A stretch of 35,868 bases of DNA, taken from positions 1 through 35,868 of the forward strand of contig JAMNXM010000003.1 of the NCBI GenBank assembly GCA_023653145.1. Reading direction: 5' to 3'. Position numbers and translations under genes: made by a program. The DNA is from Minisyncoccota bacterium. GTDB lineage: Bacteria; Patescibacteriota; Minisyncoccia; Phycocordibacterales; Phycocordibacteraceae. Under the pieces are notes generated by a model. The model searched no databases and was not told where the DNA came from. It saw only the letters and a list, made by a program, of their open reading frames with translations. Below, one piece after another: positions 27,800 to 35,868 of the stretch (the stretch's first letter is position 1; each line of letters starts with the position of its first letter).

Positions 27800-29050
27800 A
27801 TGCTGCCGCTCTCAGTGCGGATTGGGTTTTTCCTCGCGGTGCGGCAGATCCGCCACGCATCGCTGTGGACGACGAGCCTGATCATCGGGGTGATGGTGCT
27901 CACATTCCTCAACCTGGTGGTGGTGTCAGGCATTTTGGTCGGACTCATACAGGGGTCGATTGACCAGTTCCGTGCACAGTCAACAGGGGACTTGATCATT
28001 TCAAACCTGACTGACAAGTCGTTTATCGAAAACAGTCCTAACCTCCTCACACTCCTCGACACTATCCCAGAAATAGACTCGTACTCAGCGCGCTACATCG
28101 AGACGGGCTCTGTCGAGGCAAACTATCAAACCAAGCGCGCCAAGGACAAGCCAAACATTGCAGGCACTGCTGTGACAGGCATCGACCCTGCGCGCGAAGA
28201 CTCGGTCACGGGTATTAGTCAGTTCGTTATCAAGGGAAGTTACCTCGGGCCAAACGACTTTGACCAAGTACTCATTGGCTCGTACCTCCTCAAAGAGTAT
28301 TTCCCCGTCGAGAGTCCAGGACTCCAAGTACTCGACAACGTCGACGTCGGGAGTAAGGTGCGCATCCAAGTGGGAGGGGTCTTGCGCGAGTTTACCGTCA
28401 AAGGAATTTTGAAAACTAAAGTTGATGAGGTAAGTCGCAACGCGTTTTTAGTCGACTCGCAGTTTCGGAGCATGATTGGCCGCACGGACGGGAACGTCGA
28501 CCAAATAGCCGTGCGACTAAAGCCCGATGCCGACCCCGCAGCGGTCCGCGACACACTGATCCGCGCAGGTGCAGACACCTACGCGCGCGTGCAGACTTTT
28601 GAGGACGCACAGCCTAAGTTTCTTAAAGACATCGTCGCGACGTTTAACCTGCTTGGTGCCGCGTTCTCATCTATCGGGCTCGTGGTCGCGTCTATCACTA
28701 TCTTCATCGTCATCTTTATTAACGCGATTACGCGCCGCAAGTTTATCGGCATTCTCAAAGGTATCGGCATCCACGGACGCGTGATCGAAATCTCGTACGT
28801 GTTCCAGTCTATCTTTTACGCAGTCATTGGCTCGGGGATTGGGCTCGCCATGGTGTATGGACTCCTCGTCCCGTACTTCGCGCGTAACCCTATCGACTTT
28901 CCATTCTCTGACGGTATCCTCGTGGCGCCGATCGACGAGACTGTCGCGCGCATCGCGCTCCTCGTGGTGTCTACCGTGATAGCAGGGTACATACCGGCGT
29001 GGATGATTATTCGCAAAAATACGCTCGACTCTATCCTCGGTCGTAAATAG
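27800..29050 (+). CDS. ABC transporter permease (FtsX/MacB/LolE family)
   Basis: TM, periplasmic domain, then 3 TM; RRKFIGILKGIG; AGYIPA. Confidence 0.9.
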   Translation: MLPLSVRIGFFLAVRQIRHASLWTTSLIIGVMVLTFLNLVVVSGILVGLIQGSIDQFRAQSTGDLIISNLTDKSFIENSPNLLTLLDTIPEIDSYSARYIETGSVEANYQTKRAKDKPNIAGTAVTGIDPAREDSVTGISQFVIKGSYLGPNDFDQVLIGSYLLKEYFPVESPGLQVLDNVDVGSKVRIQVGGVLREFTVKGILKTKVDEVSRNAFLVDSQFRSMIGRTDGNVDQIAVRLKPDADPAAVRDTLIRAGADTYARVQTFEDAQPKFLKDIVATFNLLGAAFSSIGLVVASITIFIVIFINAITRRKFIGILKGIGIHGRVIEISYVFQSIFYAVIGSGIGLAMVYGLLVPYFARNPIDFPFSDGILVAPIDETVARIALLVVSTVIAGYIPAWMIIRKNTLDSILGRK

Positions 29051-29051
29051 T

Positions 29052-29738
29052 ATGATTGTCACCAAAAACCTCATCCGCACATTTGTCACCGGTGACATCG
29101 TCACGCAGGTGTTAAAGGGTATCGACTTTGAGTCGAAGGACGGAGACTTTATCGCCATCATGGGACGCTCCGGCGCGGGGAAGTCGACGTTTATGTACCA
29201 GCTCTCACTCCTCGACTCGCCGACCGATGGCACGATAACCATAGACGGCGTCGATACGCACACGATGCCAGAGTCTAAGCGCGTCGAGTTTCGCCTTACG
29301 TACTTCGGGTACGTGTTCCAGGACTACGCGCTCCTGCCAGAGTTGACCGCGCTCGAGAACGTCGCACTTCCACTTTTAATGCAGGGGAAGAAGCGTGCGA
29401 AGGCGTATAAAGAGGCGACCACTGCGCTCGAGCGGATGGGGCTCGGCCACCGGCCTAACAACCTACCGTCACAACTCTCCGGCGGCGAGCAGCAGCGCGT
29501 GTCTATCGCACGCGCCGTCGCCCACAAGCCGAAGGTCCTCTTCGCCGACGAGCCGACCGCCAACCTCGACAACGAGTCGTCCGAGGCCGTGATGCAGATC
29601 TTTAAAGAGCTGAACGAAGAGGGGCAGACTATTATTATGGTCACCCACGAGGAGGTCTACGCCCGCCGTGCGAAGCGCCTCATCGTCATCGACGACGGCC
29701 GTATCAAGAGCGAAGAGAAGTTGCACCACAAACACTAG
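29052..29738 (+). CDS. ABC transporter ATP-binding protein (LolD/MacB family)
   Basis: GRSGAGKST, LSGGEQQRVSIARA, FADEPTANLD, MVTHE. Confidence 0.95.
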   Translation: MIVTKNLIRTFVTGDIVTQVLKGIDFESKDGDFIAIMGRSGAGKSTFMYQLSLLDSPTDGTITIDGVDTHTMPESKRVEFRLTYFGYVFQDYALLPELTALENVALPLLMQGKKRAKAYKEATTALERMGLGHRPNNLPSQLSGGEQQRVSIARAVAHKPKVLFADEPTANLDNESSEAVMQIFKELNEEGQTIIMVTHEEVYARRAKRLIVIDDGRIKSEEKLHHKH

Positions 29739-29785
29739 GGAAGAGGTACACTGTCCGTAGTTACTACTTATTTATACAAAAACCT

Positions 29786-30154
29786 ATGGCGTACGTAGAC
29801 GGATTTATATTGCTCGTGCCAAAGAAGAACAGAAAGGAGTATAAAAAGATGGCAGAGGAAGGGAAGCGTACGTGGTTGAAGCACGGCGCCATAGACTACC
29901 AAGAGTGCCGTATGGACGACGACACCAGGGCCAAGTACGGAACACTGAGTTTTGCCAAGATGGTAAAGGCTAAGGCAGGGGAGGAGGTGTGGCTTTCGTA
30001 CATCGTGTACAAGTCAAAGGGTGACCGCGCTCGCATCAACAAGCTCGTGATGAAGGAGATGGAGACTATGTACAGCGAGAAAGATATGAAGAACATGCCC
30101 TTCAAGATGAATCGGATGTCCGTCGCTGGCTTTGCCGTCGAGGTGGGAAAGTAA
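29786..30154 (+). CDS. DUF1428 (YbaA-like) protein
   Basis: MAYVDGF...VPKK, W..HGA..Y.EC, MPF.M.RM...GF. Confidence 0.85.
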   Translation: MAYVDGFILLVPKKNRKEYKKMAEEGKRTWLKHGAIDYQECRMDDDTRAKYGTLSFAKMVKAKAGEEVWLSYIVYKSKGDRARINKLVMKEMETMYSEKDMKNMPFKMNRMSVAGFAVEVGK

Positions 30155-30155
30155 C

Positions 30156-30854
30156 ATGAAAGGCAAGGTCGTCGTTATCACGGGTTCTAGTACAGGTTTA
30201 GGCAAGGCGCTGGCACTCGCGTTTGTACAGCGTGGTGCTGTGGTAGTTGTGAATGGCCGCGATAAAGAAACACTTGAGAGAGTGGCTGCTGAGGTGGGCG
30301 CAACCGCGTTTGTTGCTGATATCACCAAGGCTGACGACGTTGCCGCACTCGCTGATTTTGCAGTTACACAATTCGGGCACATAGATATCTGGGTCAACAA
30401 CGCAGGCGTGTGGATGGCGCACGCCCCAGCGACAGAACTAAACATTGAGCGTGTACGCGCGATGTTTGATACAAACGTCTTCGGCCTCATGCTTGGCTGT
30501 AAGGTTGCACTGACGCAGATGCGCACACAGGGGTTTGGCACCATACTCAATATCTGTTCAACCTCGGGCCTTGTTGGTCGCCCTACGTCGTCGGCGTACT
30601 CGTCGTCCAAGTGGGCAGTGCGCGGCTTTAGCGACTCTATCCGTGGAGAGTGCGAGGGGACCAATATAAAGGTAGTCACTGCCTACCCGGGCGGCATCAA
30701 GACGAATCTCTTTGATGAAGAGCGACCCCCAGAATACGCTGACTTTATGACCCCAGAGTCTGTGGCTGAGAAGATAGTCCGTAACTTAGAACTTGAAAGT
30801 CCCGAGACAGAGCAAATCATAAAGCGCCCCGCCCAGCCCGACGGACCAAAATAG
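30156..30854 (+). CDS. Short-chain dehydrogenase/reductase
   Basis: TGSSTGLG, VNNAG, YSSSK. Confidence 0.92.
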   Translation: MKGKVVVITGSSTGLGKALALAFVQRGAVVVVNGRDKETLERVAAEVGATAFVADITKADDVAALADFAVTQFGHIDIWVNNAGVWMAHAPATELNIERVRAMFDTNVFGLMLGCKVALTQMRTQGFGTILNICSTSGLVGRPTSSAYSSSKWAVRGFSDSIRGECEGTNIKVVTAYPGGIKTNLFDEERPPEYADFMTPESVAEKIVRNLELESPETEQIIKRPAQPDGPK

Positions 30855-30956
30855 ATGGTCACCCACGAGGAGGTCTACGCCCGCCGTGCGAAGCGCCTTA
30901 TCGTCATCGATGATGGTCGTATCAAGAGCGAAGAGAAGCTCCACCATAAGCACTAG
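30855..30956 (+). repeat. Duplicated 3' end (34 codons) of the ABC ATPase gene (copy of 29637-29738)
   Basis: 94/102 nt identical; all 8 differences are synonymous. Confidence 0.95.
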
Positions 30957-31002
30957 TACACAATTGCTATAGCTAAGACATCGAGGGCGCCGGATAGGAG
31001 AG
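30953..31002 (-). repeat. Degenerate copy of the comF 3' end
   Basis: Encodes LLSGALDVLAIAIVY*, versus comF LLSSGALDVLAIAIAH*. Confidence 0.85.
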
Positions 31003-31140
31003 TGTGCGTCCCTAGGTTGATACTTGAATGCTGTCGCGGGCTTTGCAGTTGACATGGTAAAGAGGTCTCCGTAAGAAGAACTGTAAACTAGCGCCATTTC
31101 GCCGAAGCCGGGACCTGTCTGATGAAATTAGTTACAACTT

Positions 31141-32979
31141 CTATTTTCTTTGCTTACTTAGCGCCTCCTCAGCATAAGAAAAGATTTTTTCAAATTGGTC
31201 TTTTGTAGCTTTTGTAATCAATACCGATTCTTTCTTAAAAGACAAAATGCTAAGGGAATGATTAAGAGCACTCTTAAGCGCTGGTGCATCCTTTCTCGCC
31301 TGTACATGTGCATTCGTTCCTAAGGCAGCATCTATAATTCGATCAACTTCAGCTTCATTGAAGACGCCCTCCGTTTCAAAAGGTTTCTGTAGTACATCCT
31401 GAAGAGTAAAAATTCTCTCCTTAATGAAATCTCCGAATTCCTCAATGTAGGCACTTTTTGCCTTTTCACCACCCTCATCGCCATCAAGCATTACCACAAA
31501 CGGGGCACCCCAAGATAAGTAAATGCGAATAATTTCCCACAACTGGTCTTTTCCTGCCCCTGGATAGAATCGGAAATCATATTTCTTACGAAGACCAATA
31601 ACATTATTTATGTATTCAAATGTAAACCAATCATTTTTACCCTCCGTGATAACAATGTTTGGTACTGGTTCAACAGCACTTGGTGCGTACTCGAGTAAAT
31701 CTAGAATAGGTTGGCAGTAGGACATTTTTGTAACTCCGTAACCCTCTCCAACAAAGGTGAAATATCTAAGTGCATTTATTCTTGCACTATCTTCAAATGT
31801 CATATCGCCCTCCAAGTTTTTCTCCGACTGGTTCTCATTCATAACTACGTATGTGCCTGGCAACCACTCCATACGGATTAAATGGTGACTGTGAGTTGAG
31901 TAGGCGACCATTGACTTGTCACTCAGGTCTGCAATAGCATCCAATATTTTGGTCTGCGCTTTTGAATGCAGGTTTGACGCAGGCTCGTCAAGCAAAAATA
32001 GAATATTCCTAGATCGATTCTTTCTAAACTCTGTGAATAATAGAAATGAAAAGAACCATTTGCATCCCTTACTACGCTCATTAATTGAAAACTGCTGATT
32101 AGCATCAGTAATAACCCGGAATGATACCTCAAGGTACGCTCCCTTTTGCTCAGGAATAAGTCGAATCTCTTTGAAGTTTAATTTTTTACCACCGTCTATA
32201 AACAGATCTTTCCATGCATCAGTAATTGTTTCATTTAACTTCCCCTCCATTTTTAAAACTCTCCCTGCTGCAGTATCGTGATCAGGTGTCCACAAATCTG
32301 CAACCCATTCCTGGAAGGAAGTTGATTTCGGTTGCACTGAAACGAGAATGTCATCCAACACAGACTGCCAAGATTTATTGAGTTCAGTATCTACTTCGAC
32401 CTGACGGTCATTTGGCGTTGATGTGTTGGTATAAAAAAGTACTTTTTCTGGAATATCAAAAATAAAGTCTTCATAAAAAAGGATTTCTGGCAGTAAATTC
32501 TCACGAATATGCTTGATTAACTCAACCCATGAATTTTTGTCGGTAGAAGAAAGGCTTTTAGTTTTTCCTTTCACACGAGAACTGAAGGACACAGTTTTAG
32601 TAGTATCAACGTACTGATGGTCTTTGAAGTTAAAGTTAATGGTATAGGTGAACTCCTCACCAATTTCGAGTGTAGTCTTTTTTCCGATCTCCTTCCATTT
32701 TTTCAGAATGGAATTCTTGTCAGTCTCGTCTAATAGAGCTGATGCCGTCAATTCCACACTTCCAGTGAAGTCTGTACCTTTAGGTCTAAGCATTTTATAC
32801 TCGTCAGCATTCGGTGTCTGGCCTCGAGCTACGCGGTAAAAAAGCTCTAGCGACTTCAAAATTGTAGTTTTACCGCTTTCATTTAAGCCGACGAGGGTCA
32901 GGATACGGTTTTTCTGCAAGTCTAAGTCAACTTTCTCAATGCCCCTATAGTTTTCAAGATGGAAGCTCTTGTATTGCAT
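31141..32979 (-). CDS. ABC-type ATPase + TOPRIM nuclease (OLD-like), candidate defence protein
   Basis: LENYRGI, GLNESGKTT, RSKG.KWF signature, LLDEPASNLH, STHSHH; TOPRIM ITEGKND and LDGD; AT-rich. Confidence 0.8.
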   Translation of the reverse strand: MQYKSFHLENYRGIEKVDLDLQKNRILTLVGLNESGKTTILKSLELFYRVARGQTPNADEYKMLRPKGTDFTGSVELTASALLDETDKNSILKKWKEIGKKTTLEIGEEFTYTINFNFKDHQYVDTTKTVSFSSRVKGKTKSLSSTDKNSWVELIKHIRENLLPEILFYEDFIFDIPEKVLFYTNTSTPNDRQVEVDTELNKSWQSVLDDILVSVQPKSTSFQEWVADLWTPDHDTAAGRVLKMEGKLNETITDAWKDLFIDGGKKLNFKEIRLIPEQKGAYLEVSFRVITDANQQFSINERSKGCKWFFSFLLFTEFRKNRSRNILFLLDEPASNLHSKAQTKILDAIADLSDKSMVAYSTHSHHLIRMEWLPGTYVVMNENQSEKNLEGDMTFEDSARINALRYFTFVGEGYGVTKMSYCQPILDLLEYAPSAVEPVPNIVITEGKNDWFTFEYINNVIGLRKKYDFRFYPGAGKDQLWEIIRIYLSWGAPFVVMLDGDEGGEKAKSAYIEEFGDFIKERIFTLQDVLQKPFETEGVFNEAEVDRIIDAALGTNAHVQARKDAPALKSALNHSLSILSFKKESVLITKATKDQFEKIFSYAEEALSKQRK

Positions 32980-33157
32980 GTAGATTATTTATTCTTTTTT
33001 CATTATACGCCGCCCTTCCTCAAAAGCCACAGGAGACTAAAAGGTCAAGTTTCGTTAGCAGAAAACAACATATATCCTACTAGAAGGAAATAACGTATAT
33101 GTAGACAGTCAACGTCCCATAATTTGCAAATCAGGCAATGAAGAGTACTCTGATTTT

Positions 33158-33475
33158 GTGAATACGGAAGATGAGGAGTTTGAGAAAGATGTGAAGGGAC
33201 TGTGGGATCAGTGGTTATTTGTTGTGGTTGCGACTTGTTTAGCCGTATTTATTGGTATAGCTGTAAATGCAGCTTATGAAATTTTAAGAGATTGTTTCTC
33301 AGCTTGGTATATACTTGTCCTCGGCATTATTTTTAGTTTGATATTAATAGACCTCTTTACCTATCTTCTAACAACTCTTTACCACACGCGTGAGCATCCT
33401 GAGGAGACATATTCAGGATTTCTAAAGAGGTATTGGAAGATGCGAGTTAGAAGCCTGCAGTTCTGGAGAAAATAG
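33158..33475 (+). CDS. Hypothetical 2-TM protein
   Basis: 105 aa, two hydrophobic helices, GTG start 6 nt after TACTCT. Confidence 0.6.
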   Translation: MNTEDEEFEKDVKGLWDQWLFVVVATCLAVFIGIAVNAAYEILRDCFSAWYILVLGIIFSLILIDLFTYLLTTLYHTREHPEETYSGFLKRYWKMRVRSLQFWRK

Positions 33476-33486
33476 GAGTTGCTTGT

Positions 33487-33551
33487 TTAATGCGCTATTG
33501 CTATAGCGAGGACGTCGAGGGCGCCGGAGGAGAGGAGCGCACGGCGGGCGT
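33487..33551 (-). repeat. Duplicated comF 3' end (copy of 34678-34742)
   Basis: Encodes ARRALLSSGALDVLAIAIAH*, identical in protein with synonymous nucleotide changes. Confidence 0.93.
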
Positions 33552-33642
33552 GGGGGCAAGATGTACACGACTAACTATTCTCTTATTCACGCGAATAGGA
33601 GAATAGTGCGGTTTAGGAATACATAAAGGTGGTTGCCTCCTA

Positions 33643-33677
33643 GATAGGTTCCTCACTCGCTCCACAGGTTCACAACG
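33643..33677. repeat. Cassette-boundary repeat, degenerate copy 1
   Basis: GATAGGTTCCTCACTCGCTCCACAGGTTCACAACG aligns to 34220-34257. Confidence 0.6.
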
Positions 33678-33697
33678 AGTTTTGGTATAGTGTTGAT

Positions 33698-34225
33698 ATG
33701 AAGATAATCGACCTGACATTGCCATTGTATTCTGGCATGCCAGTTTTCCCTGGTGATCCTGAAGTGTCTATTGAGCTCGTAGCAACACTAGAGAAGGACG
33801 GGTGGAATATGCGCCGCATGCAAGTAAACACGCACGATGCAACGCACATGAATGTTCCGATTCATATGGTTGCGGGAGGTAAAAATTTAGATGACTACTC
33901 GCTCGAAACATTCTGTGGTCCAGCAAAAATCTACATGCCTGATGCTCCGATGGAGCCCTCATTTGGATACATATTTAGAGACAGAAACATTGATACGGCA
34001 ATCGCAGAAGAAATAAAGAAAGTAAAACCCAGATTTGTTGGCATCTCAAGCGAATACGAATGGGATATAGAGATTGAGAAAGATCTCTTGGTTACTGGGA
34101 TCATCCAGTATGAGCATCTTGCAAATACTGCCGAGTTGCCCGAGAATTTCTTCTTTTATGGTATGCCTCTAAAGATCAAGGAAGGGGACGGAAGTCCAGT
34201 CAGAGCATTTGCTGTGGTTGATTAA
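33698..34225 (+). CDS. Cyclase / kynurenine formamidase family protein
   Basis: IIDLT.PL..GMPVFPGDP, THDATHMNVPIH, PLKIKEGDGSPVRA. Confidence 0.88.
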   Translation: MKIIDLTLPLYSGMPVFPGDPEVSIELVATLEKDGWNMRRMQVNTHDATHMNVPIHMVAGGKNLDDYSLETFCGPAKIYMPDAPMEPSFGYIFRDRNIDTAIAEEIKKVKPRFVGISSEYEWDIEIEKDLLVTGIIQYEHLANTAELPENFFFYGMPLKIKEGDGSPVRAFAVVD

Positions 34226-34257
34226 GGTTCCAACATCGTCCCATAGGGTCCACAACG
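34220..34257. repeat. Cassette-boundary repeat copy 2
   Basis: GATTAAGGTTCCAACATCGTCCCATAGGGTCCACAACG; 27/31 identical to 34643-34673. Confidence 0.8.
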
Positions 34258-34282
34258 GTATTTCTCAGTTATACTCTAGGCT

Positions 34283-34648
34283 ATGAAGATCTATATTTCT
34301 CATCCGAATAGTATTGATTTTAAAACTATTTTGTACGAGCCCTTGAAAGCATCAGAACTTTCACAAAAGCATGAATTCTTTCTGCCTCATGACGAGGGTC
34401 GTGATGAGAACACAAAGGAAGTGATCCGTACGAGCGGATTACTTATTGCAGAAGTTTCTGAACCATCAACAGGTTCTGGAATTGAAATGGGATGGGCAAG
34501 TGCTTTTGAGGTACCAGTATGGTGCGTCTATCAGAAGGACATGAAGCCTTCAGGGTCTGCAAAATATATTGCTTCAAAAATGTTTGCCTATACCGACAGC
34601 AAAGACCTTACTTCGATTCTGAATAAAGAGTTAGAAACTGTAGATTAG
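34283..34648 (+). CDS. Nucleoside 2-deoxyribosyltransferase-like protein
   Basis: MKIYISH, FFLPH, LIAEVSEPSTGSGIEMGWA. Confidence 0.75.
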   Translation: MKIYISHPNSIDFKTILYEPLKASELSQKHEFFLPHDEGRDENTKEVIRTSGLLIAEVSEPSTGSGIEMGWASAFEVPVWCVYQKDMKPSGSAKYIASKMFAYTDSKDLTSILNKELETVD

Positions 34649-34673
34649 GATTCCAACCTCGTCCCATAAGGTC
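34643..34673. repeat. Cassette-boundary repeat copy 3
   Basis: GATTAGGATTCCAACCTCGTCCCATAAGGTC, ending 4 nt from the comF stop. Confidence 0.8.
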
Positions 34674-34677
34674 GGGA

Positions 34678-35322
34678 CTAGTGCGCAATCGCAATAGCGA
34701 GGACGTCGAGGGCGCCGGAGGAGAGGAGAGCCCGGCGGGCGTCGGAGAGGGTGGCACCGGATTCGGTGACGTCGTCTATGAGGATGACGAAGCGGCCGCG
34801 CGCACGCGAGTGCGCGCGGAATGCGCCTTGCATGTTCGCTTTTCTTTGCGATCGTGCAATGTGTACTTGTGATGTGCGGTCCTCGCGCGTAAGGAGTGTG
34901 TCGTCGTACGTTACGTCGGGCATGCGATCTGCGATAGCGCGGGCGAAGAGTGCTGCCTGGTTATACCCACGCTCGCGGAGTCGCGCGGCCGAGGAGGGGA
35001 TAGGCGCGAGGACCACGTTCTCCCAACCAGAGAGGGCGCGCGCTTCTGCCACGAGTTCTGTGAGGTAGTCCGCAGCGAAGGGCGCGACTTTATCTCCGAC
35101 CGAGCGCTCGCCGTAATACTTCACTGCCTGCACGAGGGAGCGGACACGCTCATCGTGATAGGGGAGCAGTGCATGGATCCACGGATGGCCCGGGAGCACC
35201 GTCGGTGTGGCAAGGTCTGCAATGTCCTCGTCAGAAAGTATCCGTGCTCGGGTTGCACGCGGATGGCGCGGCAAAAGTGTGTCAAAGACTGCGACGACAC
35301 ATAAAGTCAACGCACGCCACAT
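34678..35322 (-). CDS. comF: ComF family phosphoribosyltransferase-like competence protein
   Basis: VKY.G, PIP....RLRERGYNQA, R..N..GAF, ILIDDV.ESGATL. Confidence 0.9.
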   Translation of the reverse strand: MWRALTLCVVAVFDTLLPRHPRATRARILSDEDIADLATPTVLPGHPWIHALLPYHDERVRSLVQAVKYYGERSVGDKVAPFAADYLTELVAEARALSGWENVVLAPIPSSAARLRERGYNQAALFARAIADRMPDVTYDDTLLTREDRTSQVHIARSQRKANMQGAFRAHSRARGRFVILIDDVTESGATLSDARRALLSSGALDVLAIAIAH

Positions 35323-35344
35323 GCTATACTCTCCCCATAGTACT

Positions 35345-35868
35345 ATGGAGTTTTCATTGGGAAAGGTCGGTGAGTACCTGTCTCGGTTCAGCGGCGCGCT
35401 TGGTCAAAAGGAAAGCGAGTCAGTGGTGGGCGTTGACATAGGGACCTCAAGCATCAAACTCGTACAACTGCGCGAGCGGCACGGCTCTGCGATTTTGGAA
35501 ACCTACGGCGAGATAGCACTCGGCCCCTACGCGCAGGCGCAAGTTGGGCAGTCGACCTCGCCGCCAGCAGAAAAGATACAAGAGGCCTGCACCGACCTTA
35601 TCCGTGAGGCAAACGTGACCGCTCGCACCGGCGGTTTTTCAGTACCGCTCTCATCCTCACTCATCACACTCCTTACGCTCCCTACTAAAAACGCTGACGA
35701 CTTAAAGTCGATGGTGCCTATTGAGGCGCGCAAGTACATCCCGGTCCCCGTGTCCGAGGTGGCGCTCGACTGGTTCGTGATCCCTGAGGAAGAGGTCAAG
35801 TTTCTTGGCGCACCCAAGGACACACGTCCACAAAATGCGACCGACATTTTAATGGTCGCAATTCACAA
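35345..35868 (+). CDS. pilM: Type IV pilus assembly protein PilM (3'-truncated by the window edge; not in the ORF track)
   Basis: VVGVDIGTSSIKLVQL..ILETYGEIAL, EARKYIPVPVSEVALDW; open to the window end. Confidence 0.9.
   Translation, partial: MEFSLGKVGEYLSRFSGALGQKESESVVGVDIGTSSIKLVQLRERHGSAILETYGEIALGPYAQAQVGQSTSPPAEKIQEACTDLIREANVTARTGGFSVPLSSSLITLLTLPTKNADDLKSMVPIEARKYIPVPVSEVALDWFVIPEEEVKFLGAPKDTRPQNATDILMVAIH

Noticed and set aside
30786-31125. Minus-strand frame containing GPGFGEMALVY, resembling a cyclic-nucleotide-binding motif
   Set aside because: Too short, no further domain similarity, and it runs into the duplicated gene tails; likely chance or an unidentifiable remnant.
33643-34673. 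Boundary repeats read as a CRISPR array
   Set aside because: The 'spacers' are 400-550 bp whole genes, the repeats are degenerate, and there are no cas genes.
29739-34677. Prophage, IS or ICE as the explanation of the island
   Set aside because: No integrase, transposase, terminal inverted repeats or phage genes in the interval.

Overview
Chromosomal window from a small-genome bacterium, most likely Patescibacteria/CPR (Parcubacteria-like). Supporting signs: rpmD/L30 is missing between rpsE and rplO, leaderless-type promoters are pervasive, and there is a tRNA-Ile(UAU), a stand-alone VirD4/HerA-like ATPase, and comF next to pilM. The genetic code is 11. Core content: the second half of the spc operon (rpsN to secY, cmk, adk, map), ndk, 6S RNA, a beta-CASP RNase, infC-rpmI-rplT, smpB and tmRNA, ftsH, recG, three tRNAs and an ABC exporter. 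Most notable observations: (1) one family of ~150-185 nt structured non-coding elements inserted at the same T-loop position (U55/C56) of tmRNA, tRNA-Ile and tRNA-Ser, each duplicating the RNA 3' end; (2) an integrase-free cargo hotspot between the ABC ATPase and comF, where both genes' 3' ends are duplicated with synonymous changes, the ancestral overlapping-stop junction survives as a fossil, and single-gene cassettes are bounded by a ~31-38 bp repeat; (3) a tRNA-Ser with the very rare ACU anticodon, back-to-back with tRNA-Ser(GCU). All calls come from reading the sequence by eye; no database searches were run.
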